Assembly: GCA_046094245.1 (NCBI GenBank)
Contig: JBJTHB010000032.1
Location: 1 to 32,262, forward strand
DNA length: 32,262 bases
Reading direction: 5' to 3'
Source: Actinomycetota bacterium
GTDB lineage: Bacteria > Actinomycetota > Actinomycetes > Nanopelagicales > Nanopelagicaceae
Each line of letters opens with the position of its first letter. Within the stretch, counting starts at the first letter, position 1. Shown piece after piece: positions 8,403 through 17,855 of this stretch. The notes beneath the pieces were generated by a model. That model was not told the origin of the DNA and searched no databases. It saw nothing but the letters and a program-made list of their open reading frames with translations. The position numbers and the translations under genes were made by a program.

Positions 8403-9428
8403 TTAACCGAAGAAGACTTCTGCTTCAGCAAGCAGCGTTGGGTCAACGGTCTTGAGCTTCTCGGTGGCTGATGCTAAAGGAACGCGCGCGATGGTGGTGC
8501 CATGGAGCGCAACCATCTTGCCCCAATCGCCTTCATGCGCAGCAGTAATTGCATGAAGTCCGAATCGAGTAGCGAGAACACGATCAAATGCGGTTGGGGT
8601 TCCTCCGCGTTGGATATGACCGAGAATGGATGTCCGAGCTTCGGTTCCAGTGCGCTTCTCAATTTCCTTTGCGAGCCACTCACCGATACCTGAGAGCTTT
8701 ACATGCCCAAAGGAATCAAGAGTCCCATCCTTGGTGATGATATCGCCATCCTTCGGAAGCGCTCCTTCTGCAACGACGATGATTGGAGCATATGACTGCT
8801 CAAAACGGGATTCGACGTACTTACACACTTTTTCGATATCAAATGGAACTTCTGGAATCAGAATGCATGAAGCTCCACCTGCTAGTCCTGAATGCAATGC
8901 AATCCAACCTGCGTGACGACCCATCACTTCAACGATGAGCGCACGATGATGAGATTCCGCCGTAGTGTGGAGGCGATCAATCGCTTCGACCGCAATGTTG
9001 ACTGAAGTATCGAAGCCAAATGTGTAATCCGTATTGTTTAAGTCATTATCGATTGTCTTGGGAACACCGATTACTTTCACGCCCAAAGCATCAAGTTTGG
9101 TAGCAACGCCAAGAGTGTCTTCTCCGCCAATAGCAATCAAAGCATCGATATTCATCTTTGCGAGATTTTCCTTGATGCGCTCAACGCCATTTTCAATCTT
9201 GAATGGGTTAGTGCGAGAAGATCCGAGGATTGTTCCGCCGCGCGGAAGAATGCCACGTGTTGCCGCGATATTGAGCGGCATCGTCAATCCTTCAAGTGGG
9301 CCCTTCCATCCATCACGGAAACCTACGAATTCGTATCCATACTCTTTCTCGCCCTTGCGTACTACTGCACGAATTACTGCATTGAGTCCTGGGCAATCCC
9401 CGCCGCCTGTGAGCACACCGAAACGCAT
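8403..9428 (-). CDS. pfkA: 6-phosphofructokinase, group with actinobacterial ATP/PPi enzymes. Signature residues suggest PPi dependence.
   Basis: MRFGVLTGGGDCPGLNAVIR, IGGEDT, PKTIDND, MGRHAGW, HIQRGG. A GGAGA Shine-Dalgarno lies 9 nt upstream of the ATG. Confidence 0.9.
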   Translation of the reverse strand: MRFGVLTGGGDCPGLNAVIRAVVRKGEKEYGYEFVGFRDGWKGPLEGLTMPLNIAATRGILPRGGTILGSSRTNPFKIENGVERIKENLAKMNIDALIAIGGEDTLGVATKLDALGVKVIGVPKTIDNDLNNTDYTFGFDTSVNIAVEAIDRLHTTAESHHRALIVEVMGRHAGWIALHSGLAGGASCILIPEVPFDIEKVCKYVESRFEQSYAPIIVVAEGALPKDGDIITKDGTLDSFGHVKLSGIGEWLAKEIEKRTGTEARTSILGHIQRGGTPTAFDRVLATRFGLHAITAAHEGDWGKMVALHGTTIARVPLASATEKLKTVDPTLLAEAEVFFG

Positions 9429-9459
9429 AATGAATTGTCTCCGATTAATTATGGATTGA

Positions 9460-9475
9460 GGGTCAACTTTGACCC
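9460..9475. promoter_or_regulatory. Inverted repeat GGGTCAA-CT-TTGACCC between the glgC stop and the pfkA start. Candidate operator or weak terminator hairpin.
   Basis: Read directly: 7-bp perfect arms and a 2-bp spacer, 32-47 nt upstream of the pfkA ATG and 38 nt downstream of the glgC stop. No U-tract follows. Confidence 0.25.
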
Positions 9476-9512
9476 AGGGCTGCAGTCTACCGTATGCGCA
9501 TTTCTACGACTG

Positions 9513-10736
9513 TTAGCGCGTGACCGTGACGCCTTTTCCAACAACAATTATTCCACCTGCTGAGACTGTGAATCGTTCACGATCACGCTCCACATCAAAT
9601 CCGATCATCGCGCCTGGCTCTACGATGACATTCTTATCCAGGATTGCATTGCGAATTTTGGCATTCTCACCGATTTTTACCGAGGGCATTAGAACCGAAT
9701 TCTCAACAACCGAATCTCTTCCCGCATACACATCATAGGAAGCCACAGTTCGGCGCAATTCACCGCCAGAGATAATTGAACCCGCGCCAACTACGGAATC
9801 AAATGCAATGCCGCGTTCAGAGAATTTGGCAGGTGGGAGTGATGGTGGATTAGTGAGTATTGGCCACTGTCTGTTGTACAAATTGAAGATTGGTAGTGGA
9901 GAAATGAGATCCATGTGCGCATCAAAGTAAGAATCTATTGAACCCACATCGCGCCAGTAGCCCTTATCACGTTCAGTCTCGCCAGGGACATTGTTATCTG
10001 CGAAGTCATACACCTTTGCTAATCCCGCTTTTGTCATCGCAGGAATTATGTTTCCACCAATGTCATGACGGCTATCGACATCTTCTGAATCCAAAATCAG
10101 CGCTTCTTCCATAGCATCGCGACGGAAGATGTAGTTACCCATGGAAACGAGCGCTAAATCAGGATGCCCCGGCATTGCAGGTGGATTTGCAGGTTTCTCG
10201 TGGAAGGCCTTGATCGTCACCCCATCTTCAGCTAATTCGATGACTCCGAACTCTGATGCTTCAGCGCGTTTGACCCGAATCGCCGCGACTGTGACACCGG
10301 CGCCAGTTTGTAGATGCTGTTGGTACATCTGATCAGGATTCATGCGATAAACGTGATCGGCACCGAAAACGATGACATGTTTTGGATTCTCGTCATGAAT
10401 GAGGTTGAAATTCTGAAGAATTGCATCAGCGCTTCCGGTATACCAACGCGGACCAAGTCTCTGTTGTGCAGGGACGGGAGTGACGTAGTTACCAAGGAGA
10501 TTCGACATGCGCCATGTAGTTGTGATGTGACGATCAAGTGAATGTGATTTGTATTGGGTTAATACAGCGATTCGCAAGAAACCGGCGTTGACAAGATTTG
10601 AGAGAACAAAATCTACGAGACGATACGAGCCACCAAAAGGAACTGCCGGTTTTGCTCGATCTGCAGTGAGTGGCATCAAACGCTTTCCCTCGCCACCAGC
10701 GAGGACTATTCCAAGAGGAAGATCTAAGCGCGCCAT
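9513..10736 (-). CDS. glgC: Glucose-1-phosphate adenylyltransferase.
   Basis: [41 protein letters not shown], a C-terminal left-handed beta-helix region and a length of 407 aa. Confidence 0.92.
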   Translation of the reverse strand: MARLDLPLGIVLAGGEGKRLMPLTADRAKPAVPFGGSYRLVDFVLSNLVNAGFLRIAVLTQYKSHSLDRHITTTWRMSNLLGNYVTPVPAQQRLGPRWYTGSADAILQNFNLIHDENPKHVIVFGADHVYRMNPDQMYQQHLQTGAGVTVAAIRVKRAEASEFGVIELAEDGVTIKAFHEKPANPPAMPGHPDLALVSMGNYIFRRDAMEEALILDSEDVDSRHDIGGNIIPAMTKAGLAKVYDFADNNVPGETERDKGYWRDVGSIDSYFDAHMDLISPLPIFNLYNRQWPILTNPPSLPPAKFSERGIAFDSVVGAGSIISGGELRRTVASYDVYAGRDSVVENSVLMPSVKIGENAKIRNAILDKNVIVEPGAMIGFDVERDRERFTVSAGGIIVVGKGVTVTR

Positions 10737-10742
10737 GCCCTA

Positions 10743-10752
10743 ACGATACTCT
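10743..10752. promoter_or_regulatory. Overlapping divergent -10-like hexamers: TATCGT for glgC on the minus strand and TACTCT for glgA on the plus strand.
   Basis: Each TANNNT hexamer ends exactly 6 nt before the respective start codon (ATG 10736 minus; GTG 10759 plus). This is the geometry expected for leaderless actinobacterial transcripts. It is pattern inference only. Confidence 0.3.
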
Positions 10753-10758
10753 TGGAGT

Positions 10759-11922
10759 GTGAGTAATACGATGGTCAAGGTAGGCATGATTACCAAAGAA
10801 TGGCCGCCTCTCATTTACGGTGGCGCTGGTGTTCACGTCTCGAATCTCATAACCGCACTCACTGAAATCCCCGAAATTGTAAGCGAAGTCCATTGTTTTG
10901 GACCGAAGCGTCAGGATGCATTCAATTATGAATTGCAGGGAGATCTGGCCTCCATCAACCCAGCTTTGCAAGCGCTGCTGATTGATAGTGATATTGCTTC
11001 AAAACTTGCTGGAGTTGATATCGCCCACTCTCATACTTGGTATGCCAATCTTGCTGGGTACCTTGCTTCCACAATGCACAACATTCCCCATGTGGTGACT
11101 GCGCATTCGCTTGAACCTTTAAGACCATGGAAAGCAGAACAGCTAGGCGGCGGTTACCAGATTTCATCTTGGGCAGAAAAGATCTCCTATGAAAACGCTG
11201 ATGCAATCATCGCGGTCAGCGATGGAATGCGCGCTGATGTGCTGGCCGCTTATCCACATGTCAATCCAGATAAAGTTCATACGATTCGTAACGGAATCAA
11301 CACCTCAAAATTCATCCCAGAACGCGATGACTCTTTTCTGAAGAAATTAGGGATCGCAACTCCATTTGCGCTCTTTGTCGGTCGCATAACTCGTCAGAAA
11401 GGCTTGGCGCATTTACTGCGGGCATGGCATCAAGTTTCTCCGGAGTACTCTCTGGTTCTTGCCGCAGGCAGTCCAGATGAACCTGCAATTGGTGCTGAGG
11501 TTGAACAGCTAATTTCTGAGTTATCACAAGAGCGCGGCAATATTCATTGGATAAAGGAAATGTTGCCTCATAAAGAACTGACTTCACTCCTCACCCATGC
11601 GCAAACTGTCTTATGTCCATCAATTTACGAGCCACTCGGTATCGTCAATTTGGAGGCCATGGCATGCGAAACAGCGGTCGTTGCTTCGCGCGTCGGTGGA
11701 ATCCCGGAAGTTGTGGCTGATGGAGAGACAGGATTACTCGTTGATTACTCAACTGAACACGAAACTTTTGAAAAGAATTTTGCAGCAGCAATCAATACTG
11801 TGATGTCTGACTCTTCACTCGCGAGTCGCTACGGGAAAGCGGGTCGCAAACGTGCGGTTGCAGAGTTTGGTTGGGATAAGGTTGCGACTCAAACAACGAA
11901 TCTCTATCGGAGCGTAATCTAA
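10759..11922 (+). CDS. glgA: GT4 glycogen-synthase-like glucosyltransferase. This is actinobacterial GlgA, the family now assigned as maltose-1-phosphate synthase GlgM.
   Basis: ITKEWPPLIYGGAGVHV N-terminus, the E-x7-E region (IYEPLGIVNLEAMA), 387 aa, and divergent pairing with glgC as in mycobacteria. The start is either GTG 10759 or ATG 10771. Confidence 0.85.
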   Translation: MSNTMVKVGMITKEWPPLIYGGAGVHVSNLITALTEIPEIVSEVHCFGPKRQDAFNYELQGDLASINPALQALLIDSDIASKLAGVDIAHSHTWYANLAGYLASTMHNIPHVVTAHSLEPLRPWKAEQLGGGYQISSWAEKISYENADAIIAVSDGMRADVLAAYPHVNPDKVHTIRNGINTSKFIPERDDSFLKKLGIATPFALFVGRITRQKGLAHLLRAWHQVSPEYSLVLAAGSPDEPAIGAEVEQLISELSQERGNIHWIKEMLPHKELTSLLTHAQTVLCPSIYEPLGIVNLEAMACETAVVASRVGGIPEVVADGETGLLVDYSTEHETFEKNFAAAINTVMSDSSLASRYGKAGRKRAVAEFGWDKVATQTTNLYRSVI

Positions 11923-11925
11923 AGA

Positions 11926-12804
11926 ATGTCGCGTAAAGGTTGGGCGCTTTTTGCGCTCGTAGGTGTGCTCTGGGGCGTTCCATACTTATTTATGAAAGTC
12001 GCAGTCGATGAACTGTCGACTCCCGTCATCGTTTTCTCTCGACTGCTTATTGGAGCACTGGTTCTCATTCCTATTGCAATCCATCAGAAAACACTGCGTA
12101 CTGCCTTGCAGTATTGGCCCTACATTGCCATTTACGCAATTTTGGAAATGGTAATTCCTTGGACTTTGATCACTAACGCACAGAAAGATCTCTCGTCAGG
12201 TGTTGTGGCTCTTCTCGTGGCAACAGTTCCGATCTGGGCGACGCTCTTTGCCCATCACTCGGGCGATTCAACTGCGGCGCATCGCACCCGAATATTTGGA
12301 ATCGGAATTGGATTTGTAGGTATCGCTTTCCTAGTGGGGTTTGAGACTCTCAACGATTTTGGAAATGCGCGTGCGCTCATCCAAGTGCTGATCGCCTCAA
12401 TCTCATATGCATATGCCGTCAACATGATTACACGTAAAGCACCAAACACCTCTGGAATCGCAATCAATGGATTAGCCATGGTTCTTTCCACAATCATCTT
12501 TGCGCCTTTTGCGTTTACGCAAATACCAACCAAGACACCCTCTACAAATGCAATCCTGGCAACAGTAGGGCTTGGGATTATCTGCACTGCCGTCGCTTTT
12601 TGGATCTTCTTCCTAGTGCTTGAAGAGATTGGAGCGGCGCGCGCCTCTCTCGTTGTCTATCCCAACACAGCAGTAGCCGTAGTTCTAGGCATCTTCTTGC
12701 TCGATGAGAAAATCACACTTGCAATCGCAATTGGACTTCCAATGGTGCTCTTGGGCTCCTATTTCGCGAGTCGAAAGCCTGCAGCTCCGGTTATTGCTGG
12801 GTAA
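11926..12804 (+). CDS. DMT superfamily (EamA-like) transporter.
   Basis: 292 aa, about 10 TM segments with a duplicated EamA pattern. Begins 3 nt after the glgA stop. Confidence 0.7.
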   Translation: MSRKGWALFALVGVLWGVPYLFMKVAVDELSTPVIVFSRLLIGALVLIPIAIHQKTLRTALQYWPYIAIYAILEMVIPWTLITNAQKDLSSGVVALLVATVPIWATLFAHHSGDSTAAHRTRIFGIGIGFVGIAFLVGFETLNDFGNARALIQVLIASISYAYAVNMITRKAPNTSGIAINGLAMVLSTIIFAPFAFTQIPTKTPSTNAILATVGLGIICTAVAFWIFFLVLEEIGAARASLVVYPNTAVAVVLGIFLLDEKITLAIAIGLPMVLLGSYFASRKPAAPVIAG

Positions 12805-13717
12805 ATCCCAGCCGCGATAAAGCCTTGGCATCACTTTGCCAATTTGCCATCACCTTGACATGTAAGCCAAGGAATATCTTTCCCTTAAGTTTCTTCTCAA
12901 TCTCGTGTCGAGCTGCAATTCCAACCGCCTTCAATCGCTCACCTTTATTACCGATAATGATGGCTTTTTGGCTATCCCGTTCAACGATTATTGAGGCGTG
13001 AATGTCAAAGAAGGGGCGTTCGTCAGGAGTGCGCTTCTCTCGCTCCGACATTTCATCAATGACTACCGCAATTGAATGAGGAACTTCTTCAAAAACATCA
13101 GCAATCGCTGCTTCGCGAATCAGATCTGCTATTTGAGTGGTGAGTTCTTGGTCAGATGTCATATCAGATGGATAAAACGGTGGCGATTCAGGCGCGTACT
13201 TCACGAGAAGGTCAATCAAAAGTTGAACTTGATCATCTGTCTTTGCCGAGAGCGGAACGATGTCATCCCATTGAAATCCAGCTTGGCTAGCTAATTTCGA
13301 CGCAGACATTAGATGTTGGGGAAGATTTGCTTTCTTTGCCATGTCGATCATTGTTACGGCTGCAATCTTTTTGGAATGGGGGTGTTTAGCAATTTCTTTG
13401 GCGATAAATAGATCCCCTGCGCCGATATCTTCGACCGCTGGAATGCACATAACAATAGCGTCCACAGAATCCATATTGTCGCTCACCATCGTATTGAGTG
13501 CGCCACCAAGAAGAGTCTTTGGTTTATGGACTCCAGGTGTATCGACCACGACAAGTTGAAAACCAGGTCGAGTGACGATGCCACGGATTGCGTGGCGAGT
13601 GGTATTTGGATGGTGCGATGTGATGACTACTTTTTCGCCGACCAGGGCGTTAACAAGTGTTGACTTTCCGGTATTCGGTCTTCCAACGATTGCGACAAAT
13701 GCCGATTTATGAGTCAT
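12791..13717 (-). CDS. era: GTPase Era.
   Basis: G1 motif GRPNTGKST, G3 DTPG, and a C-terminal KH domain (IIVERDSQKAIIIGNKGERLK). I chose ATG 13717 (MTHKSAFVAIVG...) rather than the track start at 13738. That start overlaps the dprA stop by 11 nt. Confidence 0.9.
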   Translation of the reverse strand: MTHKSAFVAIVGRPNTGKSTLVNALVGEKVVITSHHPNTTRHAIRGIVTRPGFQLVVVDTPGVHKPKTLLGGALNTMVSDNMDSVDAIVMCIPAVEDIGAGDLFIAKEIAKHPHSKKIAAVTMIDMAKKANLPQHLMSASKLASQAGFQWDDIVPLSAKTDDQVQLLIDLLVKYAPESPPFYPSDMTSDQELTTQIADLIREAAIADVFEEVPHSIAVVIDEMSEREKRTPDERPFFDIHASIIVERDSQKAIIIGNKGERLKAVGIAARHEIEKKLKGKIFLGLHVKVMANWQSDAKALSRLGFTQQ

Positions 13718-14600
13718 CACTGCTAAGAGTACCTGCATTCCTCTTCGTCAATGGCGCCAACAATTCCATGGCATCTGCGACCGATGTGACGATTTCAGCA
13801 CAACGTTCGCCAATCAAGCGATGACATCCGTCGCTCGTGGGAGAAGTAATCGGCCCTGGAACCGCCATTACGACTCTCATCAACTCAGCCGCATCTCGCG
13901 CGGTGCGAAGGGAGCCGCTGCGAAAGGCCGCTTCCACCACGATTGTTCCGATTGAAATGGCCGCAATCAATCGATTACGCGTGAGGAATCGTTCAGGTCT
14001 GGCGCGAACATTCGGCATTACTTCGGAGATGAGAGCTCCAAACTCTTGAATCTCAGCAAACAACCGAGAGTTGCCTGCCGGGTACTCCACATTAACTCCC
14101 GATGCAAGAACTGCATAAGTTTTACCCTCCGCTGCAATACATCCACGGTGAGCATGTGTATCAACGCCATATGCACCACCGCTGATGACCGCTAAATCGC
14201 GATCAGCAAATCCTGAGGCAAATTCACTAGCAATTCGGGCGCCATACGTTGTGGGATTTCGAGTCCCAACAATTGCGACATTAGAGACAATCACAGGTCC
14301 CCCTTTGATGATTAAACCGAATGGTGGTGCGACGAGGTCATTAACTCCTTGAGGCCATTCTTGAGAAGCAGGCGTGATGAACCGAGCATTGGAATTCCAT
14401 ATCTCTTCCAGCAATGCATCGTGATGATTACTGGATAACGCATTCTTGATCCGAGTTGCAGAGTGTTTTGAGGCGTCGTATTTGCCTGCCAAAATTCTTG
14501 AAATGAGTTCATCGCCGCCATATAAGGAAAATTCTTCCGTCCAAAATGGCGAACCACCGTCGATGGCATGGAAGAGACGCAGACGCGCAGTGTCTTCCAT
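13707..14600 (-). CDS. dprA: DNA-processing protein DprA (Smf).
   Basis: Rossmann-like core VAIVGTRNPTTYG...VISGGAYGVDTHAHRG...AVLASGVNVEYPAGN. The ATG immediately abuts the comM stop. Confidence 0.88.
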   Translation of the reverse strand: MEDTARLRLFHAIDGGSPFWTEEFSLYGGDELISRILAGKYDASKHSATRIKNALSSNHHDALLEEIWNSNARFITPASQEWPQGVNDLVAPPFGLIIKGGPVIVSNVAIVGTRNPTTYGARIASEFASGFADRDLAVISGGAYGVDTHAHRGCIAAEGKTYAVLASGVNVEYPAGNSRLFAEIQEFGALISEVMPNVRARPERFLTRNRLIAAISIGTIVVEAAFRSGSLRTARDAAELMRVVMAVPGPITSPTSDGCHRLIGERCAEIVTSVADAMELLAPLTKRNAGTLSSDDS

Positions 14601-16118
14601 CTACATATTCATCTCGGTGCGAAGTGAAAGTGCAGTGTCAATCTCATCAACGCCTGGGATTGAAACACCACGGAGATCTGCAATCGTCCACGCAAGTCGG
14701 AGGATTTTGTGAAATCCACGCGCAGTAATTTCCTCTCCCTCAATCAAGATGTGCAGTGCGCTCATAGCTTTACTTTGCGCGCGGAATTTTGTTCGTAACA
14801 ACTCTGAAGGAATTGATGAGTTGAGTTGGAAGCCAAAATCTGCAAACCTCTCACGAGCGACAGCTCGCGCCACTTCTACTCTCGAACGCATCTCCTCGCT
14901 CGACTCGCGTGGATTATTGCTGGCAAGTTCCGCACGGGTTGGATTCTCGACGCGTAATTTCACATCAATACGATCGAGCAATGGCCCTGAGAGTCGATTG
15001 AGATATCGACGAACTTGCAGCGAGGAACATTGGCACGAGCGTCCTTTCCCTGAGAACCGACCACAGGGACATGGGTTAGCAGCCAGGACAAGGATGAACT
15101 TCGCTGGAAAACGCGTGGTCCCAACTGCGCGAGTAATCTCAATCGAGCCCGATTCCAAAGGTTGGCGCAGTGCATCAAGAATCCCGTGGGCGCATTCCGG
15201 TGCTTCATCTATAAAAAGCACCCCATGATGCGAGAGCGAACATGCACCAGGACGAATCATCTTCGTGCCGCCACCCACCATTCCAGCGCTCGTAGTGGTG
15301 TGATGCGGCGCAACAAATGGAGGAGTTCGACGGAGAATTGTGGCGAGTTGAGTGGTACCAGCTATCGAATGAATTGCTGCAACATCGCGCAGTTGATCAT
15401 CATCTAGCGGCGGCAAAATAGTTGGGAGCCTCTCGGCCAACATCGTTTTTCCCGTTCCAGGTGGTCCCATCATCAAGATGTGATGTCCGCCCGTGGCGGC
15501 AATCTCTAAGCCATTCTTAGCTTCTACTTGGCCGGCAACTTCGGCAAAGTCGAAACGAGGTAACTCATTATGATGTTCTACCAAAGTTATTTGACGAGGA
15601 ATGTCTGCCCCACACAAGATTCCAAGAACATGGACAAGTGAAGAAGCAGGAATGATTTCAAGCCGAGAGACGATTTGGGCTTCAGAAAAATTTGCCTCAG
15701 GCACCACGGCTCTTCGCATTCCATGCTTTTCTGCAGCAAGCAACATCGGTAGTAATCCACGAATGGGACGTAACAATCCTTCTAGCGAGAGTTCTCCAAT
15801 CAATATAGTTTCGCTCAGATCAAGATCTGGAATCTGTTGGGTTGCGCTCAATATTGCGATGCTGATTGGAAGATCGAAACCAGAGCCGCTTTTCGGAAGC
15901 CACGCGGGAGAGAGTGAGACCGTGATCTTAGTTTGTGGCCAACGTTTTCCTGAATTACTAAGCGCTGATCGAATCCGGTCTCGAGCTTCATTGAGCGCGG
16001 CATCAGGTAATCCGAGGAGTTGATAACCAGGTAGCCCATGTGAGACATCAACTTCGATATTGATTAGTTCGCCTTCCAATCCATTCAGTGAAATCCCTCG
16101 AGTTGTGGCAACGCTCAT
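14601..16118 (-). CDS. comM: YifB/ComM family Mg-chelatase-like AAA+ ATPase.
   Basis: N-terminal Lon-protease-like domain, Walker A MMGPPGTGKTMLA, Walker B VLFIDE, a Cys cluster CPCG...CQC, and a C-terminal ChlI domain. ATGA overlap with yraN. Confidence 0.9.
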   Translation of the reverse strand: MSVATTRGISLNGLEGELINIEVDVSHGLPGYQLLGLPDAALNEARDRIRSALSNSGKRWPQTKITVSLSPAWLPKSGSGFDLPISIAILSATQQIPDLDLSETILIGELSLEGLLRPIRGLLPMLLAAEKHGMRRAVVPEANFSEAQIVSRLEIIPASSLVHVLGILCGADIPRQITLVEHHNELPRFDFAEVAGQVEAKNGLEIAATGGHHILMMGPPGTGKTMLAERLPTILPPLDDDQLRDVAAIHSIAGTTQLATILRRTPPFVAPHHTTTSAGMVGGGTKMIRPGACSLSHHGVLFIDEAPECAHGILDALRQPLESGSIEITRAVGTTRFPAKFILVLAANPCPCGRFSGKGRSCQCSSLQVRRYLNRLSGPLLDRIDVKLRVENPTRAELASNNPRESSEEMRSRVEVARAVARERFADFGFQLNSSIPSELLRTKFRAQSKAMSALHILIEGEEITARGFHKILRLAWTIADLRGVSIPGVDEIDTALSLRTEMNM

Positions 16119-16483
16119 AAAATCGCGCTCCGATAATCGATTGAGAGTTCGCCTGATCGGCCCGCAAGTACTCCGGCCACATCAATCCGGTAAGAAGCTC
16201 CTAAACGCTGGTGGGTTGCGAGCCAGGCAAGAGCTAATCGCTGGATGCGATGAAGTTTCTCGATCGAGATTGATTCAAGTGGCTCTCCAAAAGTGGCGCT
16301 ACTGCGAGTTTTGACTTCGACGAAGACAATTTCACTTTCTGGGGAGAAAGCGACGATATCAATCTCTCCTTCCTTAATTCGCCAATTTCGCTCGATGATG
16401 CGATAGCCACGTTCTTGTAGATACCTAACAGTGAAATCTTCACCGCGACTGCCGAGTTCTGAAGCCCTCTGATGTAAAGCCAT
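16115..16483 (-). CDS. yraN: YraN family (UPF0102) endonuclease-like protein.
   Basis: 122 aa. GEDFTVRYLQERGYRIIERNWR...GEIDIV...VFVEVKTR is the typical YraN/restriction-endonuclease-fold signature. It sits in the conserved position between rnhB and comM. Confidence 0.85.
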   Translation of the reverse strand: MALHQRASELGSRGEDFTVRYLQERGYRIIERNWRIKEGEIDIVAFSPESEIVFVEVKTRSSATFGEPLESISIEKLHRIQRLALAWLATHQRLGASYRIDVAGVLAGRSGELSIDYRSAIL

Positions 16484-16526
16484 CGCGGGAGGGTAGAGAA
16501 AGATTTACGTGTTCAGCGCCAGAAAA

Positions 16527-17162
16527 TTAGGATTGTGAATAACTTTCATTGTTGAGAAGTGCAGCAATATTTGCATACGAACGTCGATGAATCGGTGAAA
16601 CGCCTAAGGTCTCGAGCGCATTCTGGTGTGCACGCGTCACATAACCTTTATGAAGCCCTAAACCATATCCAGGGTATTCCTTATCGAGGGTTTGCATCAA
16701 TTGATCACGATGGACTTTTGCGAGAATAGACGCAGCTGAAATAGAGATTGCAACTTGATCGCCTTTCCATACGGCAAGAGATGGAGAACTCAAGCCTTCA
16801 ATCTCATAACCATCCGTGAGAATATATTGCGGTTCTTCGCCAAGAGCACTTATGGCGCGTCGCATTCCTTCAAGGTTTGCGCGATGTAATCCAATCAGGT
16901 CAATTTCTTCCGCAGATATCTCAATAATCGAATAGTGCTTCGCATTACTCTTGATGACATCAAAGAGAGCTTCGCGTTGTGCTGGCGACAATTCCTTCGA
17001 ATCTCGCACGTCAGCTAAATCTTTCGAATGAGGATCGTGGAGCACAACAGCTGCAACAACAAGAGGGCCAGCACAAGCGCCTCGTCCTGCCTCATCAACT
17101 CCAGCAATGAAGTGGATTCCTGCGGCTATGAGTGTGCTTTCGATCATGATCGAGGTGAACAA
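16527..17162 (-). CDS. rnhB: Ribonuclease HII.
   Basis: IAGVDEAGRGACAGPLVVAAV catalytic DEAGRG motif and DSKELS. The start is either TTG 17162 (abutting the lepB stop) or ATG 17147. Confidence 0.9.
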   Translation of the reverse strand: MFTSIMIESTLIAAGIHFIAGVDEAGRGACAGPLVVAAVVLHDPHSKDLADVRDSKELSPAQREALFDVIKSNAKHYSIIEISAEEIDLIGLHRANLEGMRRAISALGEEPQYILTDGYEIEGLSSPSLAVWKGDQVAISISAASILAKVHRDQLMQTLDKEYPGYGLGLHKGYVTRAHQNALETLGVSPIHRRSYANIAALLNNESYSQS

Positions 17163-17837
17163 CTATTTCTTAACGGGGATCTGGGAGAGATCCTTTCCTG
17201 CATCGAGCACGCCCATATTCTTCAGAGGCCACATAACAAATAATGCTCGTCCCGTGACTTTGTCGAGCGGGACCATTCCTTTGTTCGGGTCATCAGTATG
17301 AAAACGAGAATCAGCGCTTGCGCCGCGGTGATCACCCATGACCCAGATGAATCCTTCGGGAACGGTGACATCGAAAGTTGAATCCGAGGGTTTATTTCCA
17401 GCGTAGATATAAGGCTCATCAACTTCTATTCCATTAACTTCTATTTTTCCACCCGGAGAGCAGCAGACCACACGATCTCCGCCAACTCCGATGACACGTT
17501 TGATCAAATATTGCTTTGCAGGATCAGGTAAGACTCCGACAAAGACCAGCGCATCTTTCAGCACTTTAGTGATGCCAGTGCTGTCATCGTATGGAGCTGA
17601 CAACCAACTTGCAGGATCACGGAAGACCACAACTTCTCCACGTTTGATTTCACTGAAAAGAGCGCCAAGTTTGTTTACTCCGACTCGATCATTTACTTGG
17701 AGTGTGTTCTCCATGGAGCCGGAAGGAATATAAAAGAATTGGACAAGAAACGTCTTCACTACTATCGAAAGGATAAGTGCCGATACGACAAGAATCGGAA
17801 GTTCGCGAAAGCTAGAGCCCTTCGCTTTACGCGACAT
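17163..17837 (-). CDS. lepB: Signal peptidase I.
   Basis: N-terminal TM anchor, catalytic IPSGSMENTL (Ser), the KRVIGVGGD box (Lys) and GDHRGASADSR. Confidence 0.9.
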   Translation of the reverse strand: MSRKAKGSSFRELPILVVSALILSIVVKTFLVQFFYIPSGSMENTLQVNDRVGVNKLGALFSEIKRGEVVVFRDPASWLSAPYDDSTGITKVLKDALVFVGVLPDPAKQYLIKRVIGVGGDRVVCCSPGGKIEVNGIEVDEPYIYAGNKPSDSTFDVTVPEGFIWVMGDHRGASADSRFHTDDPNKGMVPLDKVTGRALFVMWPLKNMGVLDAGKDLSQIPVKK

Positions 17838-17855
17838 GTTTAGTCGTTCGTCTGA

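Noticed and set aside
9034-9459. 141-aa ORF antisense to pfkA, and similar antisense ORFs in comM (14749..15228, 15601..16023) and glgC/glgA (10534..10971).
   Set aside because: Pro/Ser/Arg-rich shadow frames opposite strongly supported genes. None has a ribosome-binding site or domain signature.
13718-13738. Seven-codon 5' extension of era (MQVLLAV) given by the ORF track.
   Set aside because: Era orthologs start just before the G1 P-loop. ATG 13717 gives the usual spacing, and the longer form lies deeper inside dprA.
13707-16118. comM plus dprA as evidence for a natural-competence island.
   Set aside because: The yraN-comM-dprA trio downstream of rnhB is a conserved housekeeping arrangement in Actinobacteria. 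No pilus or ComEA/ComEC uptake genes are present in the window.
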